Shown: positions 8,288-16,654, counted from the first letter of the stretch. The stretch is DNA of 18,667 bases from Candidatus Micrarchaeia archaeon (GCA_038740245.1 JAVYLZ010000011.1:1-18667), one strand, 5' to 3'. Made by a program: numbers and translations. The notes: a model not told the origin generated them from the letters alone.

Positions 8288-9964
8288 ATGGTTTATGTTT
8301 TTGCAAAGGCATCGGCGCTTAACAAGTATATAGGCAAAAGGCTTACTTTGCAGCAGATGCAGGATGCGCTCATTGATATAGGCATGGACATAAAGGATGT
8401 CTTGGGGGACAAGGACCCTGTGCTTAAGGTTGAGATAACCGCGGAGAAGCTCGATTTGGTTTCAGTGGTCGGGCTTGCACGCGCCATCAAGTATTATTTA
8501 GGCATTGAGGACAAGCCAATCAGGTATGAAATTGTGCGTGGCAGGAATTCGGTGTATGTTGACAGGTCAGTGGCCAGGGTGCGGCCGAGGACTGCTGCGG
8601 CGATAGTGCGGGGGCTTAACGTTGATGCAGAAGCGCTTGAGGAGATAATAGGCCTTCAGGAAAAGATGCACGAGTCGTTCGGCCGCCGTAGGAAAAAGGC
8701 AGCCATAGGAATTTACCCGCTTGGGCGCATAAAGTTCCCGATAAAATACTGTGCCGAATCCCCGGACAAAATAATGTTCACGCCGCTCGGGTTCTCGGAG
8801 GTTATGAGCGGTGTTGAGGTGCTTGAGCGCCACGAGAAGGGCAGGGAGTTTTCGCACCTGCTTAGCGGCCATGAAAAGTATCCCATTTTTGAGGATGCGG
8901 AGGGCAAGGTGCTCAGCATGCCCCCTATAATCAATTCAGAGGAGGTGGGCCGCGTGCATGAGGGAAAGCAGGACCTGTTCATTGAGTGCTCAGGCCACAA
9001 CCTCACGCACCTTGACAATGTGCTTAAGGTTATTGTGACCACGCTCATAGAGATGGGCGGCACGGCCGAATCCGTCTCAGTTGAATATCCAGATGGTGAA
9101 ATCTACCGCTTGGACCTTTCAAACTATACGGACGAGATTGACATTGATTTTGTAAATAGACTCATCGGCATAAGCATAAAGCCAAAGGAGGCGGTGCCCC
9201 TGCTCACCAAAATGATGTATAACCCAGTTAAGGTTGTGGGCAGCAAGGTGCAGGTTGAGGTGCCTCCGTTCAGGAGCGATGTGTGGCACGATGTTGACAT
9301 TGCGGATGACATTGCGCGCGCGTACGGCTACAACAACATTGCGCCGCGGTATCCGAACATATCAACGGTTGGCGGGCACCTGCCGTTCTCACGGTTCCGT
9401 GAATCTGCATGTGAAGCAATGGTGGGCATGGGGTTCATTGAGCTTTACACATACATGCTCACATCCACTGAGAAGCAATACAGCATGATGGGGCGTGAAC
9501 AAAAAGAAGGCGGGTACGTACGCATTCTTAACAGCGCAGAGCAGGGCACAAATGCGGTGCGCACAATGATTTTGCCCGAGCACTTGGAATCCCTGAACAT
9601 AAACAGGAAAAGCGGATACCCGCAGAAGGTGTTTGAGGTTGGCATGGTTGTCCGGCCTGAGAAGGGCAGGCATCCGGGGAATGAGTGGCGGTTATCGGCA
9701 TCAATCGCGGGCCCGCGCACAAACTACACAAAAATCAAGGAGGCGCTTGACACGCTGATGTGCGTGCTAGGCGTTGAGTATGAGGTCCGGCCCGCTGATG
9801 AGCCGTACCTGATAGCGGGGAGGGCAGGTGAGATAGCTGTAGGGGGCAGGCCCATCGGCTTTATAGGCGAGGTGCACCCCAAAGTGCTTGATGCGTTCGG
9901 CCTGCTGGTGCCAGTTGCATCGTTTGAAGTTGAGCTCAAGCCGCTTTTTGAAAATAAGAGGTGA
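8288..9964 (+). CDS. pheT: Phenylalanine--tRNA ligase beta subunit (archaeal type)
   Basis: Motifs LQEKMH..FGRRRKKAAIGIY, VLSMPPIINS, VPPFRSDVWHDVDIADDIARAYGY and GEVHPKVL. SD GGTGA overlaps the pheS stop. Confidence 0.97.
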   Translation: MVYVFAKASALNKYIGKRLTLQQMQDALIDIGMDIKDVLGDKDPVLKVEITAEKLDLVSVVGLARAIKYYLGIEDKPIRYEIVRGRNSVYVDRSVARVRPRTAAAIVRGLNVDAEALEEIIGLQEKMHESFGRRRKKAAIGIYPLGRIKFPIKYCAESPDKIMFTPLGFSEVMSGVEVLERHEKGREFSHLLSGHEKYPIFEDAEGKVLSMPPIINSEEVGRVHEGKQDLFIECSGHNLTHLDNVLKVIVTTLIEMGGTAESVSVEYPDGEIYRLDLSNYTDEIDIDFVNRLIGISIKPKEAVPLLTKMMYNPVKVVGSKVQVEVPPFRSDVWHDVDIADDIARAYGYNNIAPRYPNISTVGGHLPFSRFRESACEAMVGMGFIELYTYMLTSTEKQYSMMGREQKEGGYVRILNSAEQGTNAVRTMILPEHLESLNINRKSGYPQKVFEVGMVVRPEKGRHPGNEWRLSASIAGPRTNYTKIKEALDTLMCVLGVEYEVRPADEPYLIAGRAGEIAVGGRPIGFIGEVHPKVLDAFGLLVPVASFEVELKPLFENKR

Positions 9965-9966
9965 AA

Positions 9967-10269
9967 CTATTTTTCATCTGTGAAGCCGAGCAGGTATTTC
10001 AGTTCCTTAAGGCTCACCTTCTCATCCTTTACTATGTGGTCCACAATCTCCCGCGCCTGCCTGTCCTCCTTGCTTTCAGGTTTTGGGGGTGCATATTCCG
10101 GCCGCACCTGCCTTTGCGCGGGCTGGGGCTGCAGGGCCGGCCTTTGCTCGTACGCCACCTGCCTCTCGGGCGGGCGCACGGCCTGCTGTGATGCAAGCCG
10201 CCCCTCAATCCTGTCAAGCCTGCGCTCAATGCGCTCCAGCTTGGCGTATATATCATCAATGGTGGCCAT
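9967..10269 (-). CDS. Small hypothetical protein (100 aa): N-terminal coiled coil, Pro/Gln linker, short helical C-terminus
   Basis: ATG 10269 (MATIDDIYAKLERIERRLDRIEGRL) with a heptad pattern. TATA-like TTTTTAAATATA about 20-30 nt upstream suggests a leaderless transcript. Stop lies 2 nt from the pheT stop. Confidence 0.75.
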   Translation of the reverse strand: MATIDDIYAKLERIERRLDRIEGRLASQQAVRPPERQVAYEQRPALQPQPAQRQVRPEYAPPKPESKEDRQAREIVDHIVKDEKVSLKELKYLLGFTDEK

Positions 10270-10285
10270 GGATGAATATCGCAGT

Positions 10286-10298
10286 GTATATTTAAAAA
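10286..10298. promoter_or_regulatory. Putative bidirectional TATA box
   Basis: GTATATTTAAAAA lies between divergent starts at 10269 (-) and 10323 (+). Confidence 0.45.
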
Positions 10299-10322
10299 GC
10301 AACCAAAACAGTTAATAAATAA

Positions 10323-11338
10323 TTGGAAGTAAATTTATACAAGCGCACCGCATATCCTCTACTGTTTGCACTTATACTATGCGTTGGTTGCACCCATTAC
10401 ATGTACGATGTACATAATTATGTAATGCAAAATTATGTGGACTATTACGTGGAGCTTAGGCCATCAGAAGATGAAATTCTCAAAAATGGCACACAAATTG
10501 AAAGCGTAGTGGAGCTTTTTGACCAGGAAGAATGCGGCTTTGTAAAGTGGGACTGCCATAATGCGCAATCCACGGTGTCTTATTCCATTTGGGGCTGGTT
10601 TTATACTCTAAAAACGACTCTACCTCGAGTTTTGAATTCTATTTGGTAGATGACAAAAGTTTTTGCAAGGAATTGGACGAAGATTCCAAATATCTCTTAA
10701 AAGGCGTTGTTGCAGGAGAATCTTCTTATTTTGGGGAATTACCGGTTTTCAGGTCTAAATATCGCATTTTTGCCTATAATATTAGCCAAGCTAGTGTAAC
10801 TCGGCTTGGGAAGGAGCAAGCCGTTGACTTCTACTATACGGATATAGAATGGGATAATTCCTCAAGGGTTATAGAGCTTGCATGCGGCACCAATATATCA
10901 AGTTTGAAGATTGCCATATCAGGGGACAATGGCTCGGCATATTACCGTCAGAGTTTCCCATTAAAATTGACAAGCAATTCAAACGTTGAGTATTTAATTG
11001 GCAAAGGTAGAGATGTGATACGGTGCGAAATTCCGCCTTCATACGCCATCATAGTGAAAGTTGCACAGCAAAAAGTCGGCTCTGAAATGAAAGTGCGCCT
11101 GTTTGGAAAGGAATGCAAATATTTAGTTGGTGAAGAGGACGCTATCTATTATTCGTGCGAGGTCCCTGACGCGCTGCCAGCATTATCGGAAATAAAGGAT
11201 GAGGACGTGAAGATTGAATTGCATAAGGACGACGAAGAGGTGTGCATCCCAATTGACATATTTGAAAAGGTCAATGCAATTTACGATATTCTGAGGACAA
11301 TGGATACCGAGGATAAATTTAGTTTCCTTTTTGAATGA
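10323..11338 (+). pseudogene. AT-rich secreted/lipoprotein-like gene split by a single frameshift (ORFs 10323-10649 and 10589-11338)
   Basis: ORF1 begins with a hydrophobic signal ending LILCVGC. The ORFs overlap by 61 nt, and one extra base (e.g. A5 at 10610-10614 to A6) fuses them into 338 aa. Six N-x-S/T sequons are present. Confidence 0.6.
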
Positions 11339-11356
11339 GACATTTTTGGAAATAAG

Positions 11357-11430
11357 TGCCGCAGGGCGGATTTGAACCGCCGACACCTCGGTCTTCAGCC
11401 GAGTGCTCTTCCAGGCTGAGCTACTGCGGC
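11357..11430 (-). tRNA. tRNA-Phe (anticodon GAA), intronless, CCA not encoded
   Basis: Minus strand GCCGCAG-TA-GCTC AGCCTGGAA GAGC-A-CTCGG CTGAAGA CCGAG-GTGTC-GGCGG TTCAAAT CCGCC-CTGCGGC-A folds into a full cloverleaf. Confidence 0.97.
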
Positions 11431-11553
11431 GCAGGGGCTCCAGCGGCCCCTGCAACCCCCAGCGACCGTATTTTGTGGGCTCCAGCGGCCGCACTTTTGC
11501 ACTGCAAAATGCGCCCGCAAACCTTCAGTTTGCTTGGCCCTGCAACCCCCAGC
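11431..11553. repeat. Direct and inverted repeats upstream of tRNA-Phe
   Basis: Direct repeats GGGCTCCAGCGGCC (11435-11448, 11477-11490) and CCCTGCAACCCCCAGC (11448-11463, 11538-11553). Inverted repeats GCAGGGGC/GCCCCTGC (11431-11453), TTTTGCA-C-TGCAAAA (11495-11509) and GCAAAC/GTTTGC (11517-11533). Confidence 0.8.
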
Positions 11554-11642
11554 AGCCCATACACCACGCTGGCAAGCGAGGGCCCCGCGGGCCAACTTGT
11601 TGCCGCCGGCAACCGCGCCGACCAATTAAAGGGGCCGTAAAG

Positions 11643-11834
11643 CTACTTCCAGTTCTCGTACTCCTTCATCTTCTTTGTGTCGCCGAAGCATCCCTTGCAT
11701 ATCACTACGCGCGTGACTTTTTTCACCCGCTTTGCGGCGTGCTCACATTTCCTGCACACGTACTTGCCGCAGAAGTTGCACTTCTCTAGCAGATGGGTTT
11801 CAGAGCCGCAACGTTCACACCTTCTTATCATCAT
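11643..11834 (-). CDS. Small zinc-finger protein (62-63 aa, four CxxC)
   Basis: CERC, CNFC, CRKC and CKGC in a basic protein. GAGGG SD-like motif upstream. Confidence 0.8.
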   Translation of the reverse strand: MMIRRCERCGSETHLLEKCNFCGKYVCRKCEHAAKRVKKVTRVVICKGCFGDTKKMKEYENWK

Positions 11835-11869
11835 TTTTCCCTCGCTGGACTTTTTATTGAGCCCTGTAA

Positions 11870-11884
11870 CCCTTATAAATTATT
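11870..11884. promoter_or_regulatory. TATA box in the divergent Zn-finger/glnA-like gap
   Basis: CCTTATAAATTATT lies midway between starts 11834 (-) and 11917 (+). Confidence 0.5.
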
Positions 11885-11916
11885 CTACCTATCCTTTACT
11901 TGGAAGGTGCGTTAAT

Positions 11917-13197
11917 ATGTCCGATGCAACAAAGGTTATTGAGCGCATAAATGCCGACAGATACAGATGGATTGACATACAGTATACGGATATGCTCGGC
12001 CATTTCAAGAGCATAACACTGCCGGCAAGGATGCTTGAGGCACAGTCATTCAAGGAAGGCGTAATCACTGTGGACAGGAACTCAGTGCTTTATGAGTACG
12101 GCGAGGATGTTGTGCTGACACCAGACCCGTCAACATTCGCAATAATACCCTGGGAGCCAAGCACAGTGCGCCTTATCGCGAGCACAAATGCCCCAAATGA
12201 CCCGCGTACCATCCTCGGCAAGGCGCAGGCGCTTGAGCAAAAGCTCAAGCTGGGCTTCAGGATAGGCAGTGAGCTTGACTATTACCTGCTTGACTCAATG
12301 ATTACCGATGCGTCAAAGTTCAGCTACGGTGCATATTTTGACTCGAGGGAGCTGCCGGTAAGCCAGTATGACGGCGAATTTGAGAAGGGGATGCGCAGGT
12401 TCCAGACGATGAACGGCGACATAGGCCGTGCGGTCCGCCTGCAGATAGGCGACTATGCGGACCTTACGGGCGTTGAAGTTTACTCAATGCACCACGAGAA
12501 GGGCAGGATGCAGCACGAGGTGGCGCTTGCACCCGCACCGCTGCTCAAGGCAGCCGACGACTTCGTTACCATAAAGTATCTTGCGAAAAACTCGGCAATG
12601 CTTGTGGGTGCGATTGCATCGTTTGCACCCAAGCTGATGAATGAGGAGCCTATGAGCAAGGCGCATGTAAGCATAAGCGCCTGGAAAGCAGATGACAATG
12701 TCTTCCTTGACATGGGCGGCGAGCGCCTGTCAAAGGAGGGCACATACTTTATGGCGGGGCTTGCAGACCACGCACGCGCCCTGAGTGCGTTTATGCTGCC
12801 GTCAACCGCTTCATACAAGGAGCAGGTGCACATAGACAGGATGCGTGCGCTTGACGGTGTGGTTAAGGTGCCTAAGGCGATACGCGGTGAGGTTGACAAG
12901 CGTATTGAATACCGGCTTGCAGACCCGTCCCTCAACCCGTACATCGCATATGCGGCGCTGCTCGCCGCCGGTGCCGACGGCATATCCAAGAAGCTCGCGT
13001 TTGACGACAGCAAGGACGTTGCACCGCCGCGCTCGCTTGCAGAGGCGCTCAGTGCGCTCATAAGCGACAGCGACTTCCTAGCACCCATATTCGGCGAGGA
13101 GTTCATACACGCGTATGTTGAGCTCAAGGAGCGCGAGATAAAGGAGCAGTCATCCCGCATGACATCGTTTGAGGTGTCGCGCTACCAGAATGTTTAG
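11917..13197 (+). CDS. glnA: Glutamine synthetase type I family protein (426 aa) with degenerate active site
   Basis: Motifs IDIQYTDMLG, PDPSTFAIIPW, DPR, HHE...QHE, ASFAPK and RIEYRLADPSLNPY. GGAAGGTG SD before ATG 11917 (MSDATK). The symbol denotes the family; activity is doubtful. Confidence 0.85.
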   Translation: MSDATKVIERINADRYRWIDIQYTDMLGHFKSITLPARMLEAQSFKEGVITVDRNSVLYEYGEDVVLTPDPSTFAIIPWEPSTVRLIASTNAPNDPRTILGKAQALEQKLKLGFRIGSELDYYLLDSMITDASKFSYGAYFDSRELPVSQYDGEFEKGMRRFQTMNGDIGRAVRLQIGDYADLTGVEVYSMHHEKGRMQHEVALAPAPLLKAADDFVTIKYLAKNSAMLVGAIASFAPKLMNEEPMSKAHVSISAWKADDNVFLDMGGERLSKEGTYFMAGLADHARALSAFMLPSTASYKEQVHIDRMRALDGVVKVPKAIRGEVDKRIEYRLADPSLNPYIAYAALLAAGADGISKKLAFDDSKDVAPPRSLAEALSALISDSDFLAPIFGEEFIHAYVELKEREIKEQSSRMTSFEVSRYQNV

Positions 13198-13239
13198 TTA
13201 ATATATTTTGCCCCCATATGATAGCACAGAGGTGTTATG

Positions 13240-13656
13240 ATGGTAGAGTTCCGTGGCATAAAGCTGAACTACGTTGAGGCCAAGAGGGAGAAGGACACTG
13301 CAGTCAGCGGCCTGAACATAAACATAAACATTGACGACATAAAGGCGATCAATGATGATTTCGCGGTTGATTTCACGTATACTGTGAATTATGCCGAAAA
13401 TGTAGGCTACCTTAAGATGGGCGGCACGGTATACGCAAAGGACACCGTTGCCGGCGCAAAGAAGATTGAGGAAAGCTGGAGGATGGAGAAAAAGATTGAC
13501 CCAGCAATTGCACAGCCATTGCTTAACCTGATAAACTTCAGCTCAGGTGTGAACGGGGTGTTTGTTGCGCGTGCAATCAATCTGGCGCCCCCGCTTGTGC
13601 CCCCCAGGATTGAGGTATCAGTAAAAGGCGGTGCAGCCGCGACAAAGGGCCGCTAA
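13240..13656 (+). CDS. Conserved archaeal hypothetical protein (predicted SecB-like beta-sheet plus helix topology)
   Basis: GAGGTG SD at 13229-13234; start is ATG 13240 or 13237. Pattern F.YTVNY...VG.L...G.V followed by a helix and C-terminal NLAPPLVPP, recalled from an archaeal family. Confidence 0.75.
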   Translation: MVEFRGIKLNYVEAKREKDTAVSGLNININIDDIKAINDDFAVDFTYTVNYAENVGYLKMGGTVYAKDTVAGAKKIEESWRMEKKIDPAIAQPLLNLINFSSGVNGVFVARAINLAPPLVPPRIEVSVKGGAAATKGR

Positions 13657-13679
13657 ATAAATCCAAACAATCCTTCTTT

Positions 13680-14552
13680 TTAGTATATTATTCCACTTAC
13701 GTATCCCAGCATATACCCGGTGATAGTGCCGAGCAGTATTGGCGGCAGTGCGGGCAGGAAAACGCGGTTTATGCGGACGTATGCGAGCACAAGTGCAAGC
13801 GCAATTGCCGAGAACACGCCTACGAGGATGAACGCCGCAATCGCCGGGCCGGTGCCGTATACAAGCATTCCCTTGAGCACAATAAGGTTGAATGCGAGGG
13901 GCAGTGCAATGTCGCCAGTGCCGAGCTCAAGCCGCTCGGTTTTCTCTTGCAGCACCTGGCGCACGCGCCCCCGCGCATCTGTTACGCTTGAGATGCGTGC
14001 GTGCTTCTCCTGCGCCGCAACCGAGAATGACATGTTGCGCCTGCCGAACTCGTTTGCCAGCGTTACCATGTGCCGCGTCACAAACACCGCAACATAATCG
14101 TAAATGCTCATTATTATGAGGAACAGGATAGCCTCAAAAAATGACAGGAACATGGCGAACATTATCGCAACGCCCGCGCTTGAGAGTGTTGCGGTTATGT
14201 TCCGTGCATTGGGCCACGCCAGCTTTGCAAGCGCCACCGCAAGTGCAAGACCGGCCGCCACAACCTCGCCAAGGCCGAGATAAGTGCCAAGACCGTAGAA
14301 CACCACAAATGTTGCAGAGGTAACAACCACAACCTCCATGGCTCGGAACAGGAGGTCGCCCCTGTAGAGTTTTATTATTGCAAGCATAAACAGCACGGCA
14401 AACGCCGCACCCACAACTATAAAGAAGAGGTCATCAATGCCATAGCCCATATAATTGAATGGTGAGCCGGCCTCAAAGTACGGCAGGGCCGCCACAGCAC
14501 CTATGAGCTGCGCTATTGCAAAGAGTGCAAGCAGGCGGAGCACGGTTTTCAT
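13680..14552 (-). CDS. Presenilin/signal-peptide-peptidase-like intramembrane aspartyl protease (MEROPS A22)
   Basis: About 9 hydrophobic segments, catalytic YD (SIYDYVAV), GxGD (LGTGD) and PAL (LPALP). TATA box about 21-29 nt upstream of ATG 14552 (MKTVLR). Confidence 0.93.
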   Translation of the reverse strand: MKTVLRLLALFAIAQLIGAVAALPYFEAGSPFNYMGYGIDDLFFIVVGAAFAVLFMLAIIKLYRGDLLFRAMEVVVVTSATFVVFYGLGTYLGLGEVVAAGLALAVALAKLAWPNARNITATLSSAGVAIMFAMFLSFFEAILFLIIMSIYDYVAVFVTRHMVTLANEFGRRNMSFSVAAQEKHARISSVTDARGRVRQVLQEKTERLELGTGDIALPLAFNLIVLKGMLVYGTGPAIAAFILVGVFSAIALALVLAYVRINRVFLPALPPILLGTITGYMLGYVSGIIY

Positions 14553-14570
14553 CGCCCATATATACATCTG

Positions 14571-14583
14571 CATTTATATAAGC
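14571..14583 (-). promoter_or_regulatory. TATA box for a probably leaderless presenilin-like transcript
   Basis: Minus strand GCTTATATAAATG. Confidence 0.5.
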
Positions 14584-14629
14584 TCTGCATTAATGAGGGT
14601 TGGGCCGCATTTTTTGAAGGTGCAAAACC

Positions 14630-16654
14630 CTATTTCTTGTCGGTTGGCTTTACAAACCCGTGCTTGGGGATGTAAATTTCACCCCTGTCGCGCAGCGCCT
14701 CTATTATGCGCATTGTCTCGTTCTCATCGAGGTTAAACTCGCGCGCAGCGCTCTTTATCTCGTTTATGTCAATCATGTCATACTTGGCGGAGAGGTTCTT
14801 TATGATGTTCATTATAAGCACAAATTTCTCGGTTTTTGCTTTTGGCTGCCCAGTTGCGATTATGTCAATGTCAAGCTTGCCGGTGGTCGCGTCCATGGCA
14901 ATCTGGTGCAGTGAATAGTCAAACAGCTTTATGGCGCGCTCGGCATCCTCAATCTCAACGGACTGGCTCAGCCGTGCCTTTGCGGCGGCCTCACTCATCC
15001 TTATAAGGCCCTCAATCTGGCGTGCAGTGACCGGGACAGAGCCCTGGCTCTTGCCAAGCTTTCTCATCTGCACGTAATACTCCTGTATCCGTTCCATTGC
15101 TGCCGCAGTAAGCGTTGGGGATATGTTCTTTCGCGCATACGCAATGTATTTGCGCAACATATCGCGGGGTATTATTCCCTCATCAGCCTTTTTCTCAACC
15201 ACGCTTGCATGCGCATTGAGTATGTGGCGTGCGAGCTCCCTGTCCCTTTCCTCGTCAAGCACGTCAAATATCGGGAATATGAGGTCAAACCTGCTCAGTA
15301 TGGTTGGGGGGATGTCAAACTGGTCCGCAGGGTACTGGTTTGGGTTGAACCGGCCGAACTTGGGGTTGGCGGCTGCTATTATTGCGGTTTTTGTCCTGAA
15401 TTTTGCCACAATGCCCGCCTTTGCCACGCTTACCGTCTGCGTTTCCATGGCCTCGTGCAGCGCGGCACGCTCGTTGTCGTCTATCTTGTCAAACTCGTCA
15501 ATTGCAGCTATGCCGCCGGATGCGAGCACCAGCGCGCCGGCCTTGAGCACCCAGCCACCATCACCCAACTCATCCTTCTCGGCGCTCGCGGTAAGCCCCA
15601 CACCAGTGACCGACTTGCCGCTTACGTATACGCTCTTTGGCGCAACTTCGGTGACGTATTGCAGGATTCTTGACTTTGCCGCACCAGGGTCACCTATGAG
15701 CAGCAAGTGAATGTCATTTCTTATGGGCGCGCCGCCCGGCAGGACCTTATCTCGCGTGCCGCCGAACAGCTGCAGGCAGATTGCCTCCTTGATTTTTTCG
15801 TGGCCGTATATGCCCGATGCGATGGAATGCGCAATCCTGCGTATTATCTGCGGGTCGCGGGCAAGCTCCTTTATCGCTTTCTCATCCTCCTCGCTTATCT
15901 CAATCTGCTCAAAATCCTTCTGCATTTTCTCAATGCTTACCACATCAAGGTATTTCGCGTATACATTTTCGCTCTTGCCCTTCTGCGTCTGCGGAGGGTA
16001 TATCCTGAGCACCGCATTTACGATGACATTGTCACCCGGGTTAATTGTGTTGACCAGGTCATCCTCCATCATCAGCTCAATATGGCTTGCCGGCGCACCT
16101 CCCTTGAGCCGCTCAAGAAGCTCCTGTATGTCCGCCTTCTGCATATCAACAAAATAGGACTCCTCCTCCGAGAAGTCAATCTTCTTTTTGCATACCTCGC
16201 ACGAGCTCATCGGCTTAGTTTTCTTAGTTATGGCTATCTTGTACGTGGCGCCGCAGTTCGGGCACTTGTAAATTGCAATCTTGACCTTTGGCTTTGTCTC
16301 GGCGCGCTTTGTCACAACGCCCTCAACGCGGATGAGCTTGTCAATGTGTGCAGCGCCTATATCCTGAACGAGAAGTGATGTGTCCGGCAGCCCGTATATT
16401 CGCACGTGCGGCTCGTAATTGTAAACCTTAACGATGCCGCACCGCTCAAGCGCCTCGTGCGCCGCATCCAGTGCCCTGTCCGGCTCGTTGAGCACCATAT
16501 CTGCAATCTCAGCGTTCCATTTCTCAAGGTCTGAATATCTCACGTAAAGGCTCCTGCTCTTCGGGTAGGCACTTTTGAGTGCGGCAATCTCTTGCCTGTA
16601 CACCTCATTGAAAAATTCCTCAAGCTCCGCAACGAGCCCCTCATCCCCACCCAT
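14630..16654 (-). CDS. mcm: Replicative DNA helicase MCM (674 aa, no intein)
   Basis: Zn finger CPNC..CEVC, Walker A GDPGAAKS, Walker B IDEFDK, LHEAME.Q, AAANP..GRF, arginine finger SRFD and TARQIEG. Confidence 0.98.
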   Translation of the reverse strand: MGGDEGLVAELEEFFNEVYRQEIAALKSAYPKSRSLYVRYSDLEKWNAEIADMVLNEPDRALDAAHEALERCGIVKVYNYEPHVRIYGLPDTSLLVQDIGAAHIDKLIRVEGVVTKRAETKPKVKIAIYKCPNCGATYKIAITKKTKPMSSCEVCKKKIDFSEEESYFVDMQKADIQELLERLKGGAPASHIELMMEDDLVNTINPGDNVIVNAVLRIYPPQTQKGKSENVYAKYLDVVSIEKMQKDFEQIEISEEDEKAIKELARDPQIIRRIAHSIASGIYGHEKIKEAICLQLFGGTRDKVLPGGAPIRNDIHLLLIGDPGAAKSRILQYVTEVAPKSVYVSGKSVTGVGLTASAEKDELGDGGWVLKAGALVLASGGIAAIDEFDKIDDNERAALHEAMETQTVSVAKAGIVAKFRTKTAIIAAANPKFGRFNPNQYPADQFDIPPTILSRFDLIFPIFDVLDEERDRELARHILNAHASVVEKKADEGIIPRDMLRKYIAYARKNISPTLTAAAMERIQEYYVQMRKLGKSQGSVPVTARQIEGLIRMSEAAAKARLSQSVEIEDAERAIKLFDYSLHQIAMDATTGKLDIDIIATGQPKAKTEKFVLIMNIIKNLSAKYDMIDINEIKSAAREFNLDENETMRIIEALRDRGEIYIPKHGFVKPTDKK

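Noticed and set aside
10270..11356. Integrated mobile element at tRNA-Phe
   Set aside because: No integrase or transposase, and no duplicated tRNA 3' end (att site) found; only a compositional shift.
11431..11553. Possible mini-CRISPR array
   Set aside because: Only two copies of each 14-16 nt repeat, interleaved and irregularly spaced, with no cas genes.
11356..11789. Short ORFs across the tRNA and its upstream region
   Set aside because: They overlap the tRNA or GC-rich repeats and lack convincing starts or protein-like composition.
11677..11916. 80 aa N-terminal extension of the GS-like ORF
   Set aside because: It overlaps the Zn-finger gene on the opposite strand and the promoter; the SD supports ATG 11917.
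12480..13160. 226 aa antisense ORF
   Set aside because: Shadow of the GS-like gene, Ser/Ala-rich, with no motifs.
15123..16378. Several 150-220 aa plus-strand ORFs
   Set aside because: Antisense shadows of mcm.
14630..16654. Intein in MCM or viral/plasmid origin of this MCM
   Set aside because: Length is canonical with contiguous motifs, and the neighbours are core translation genes.
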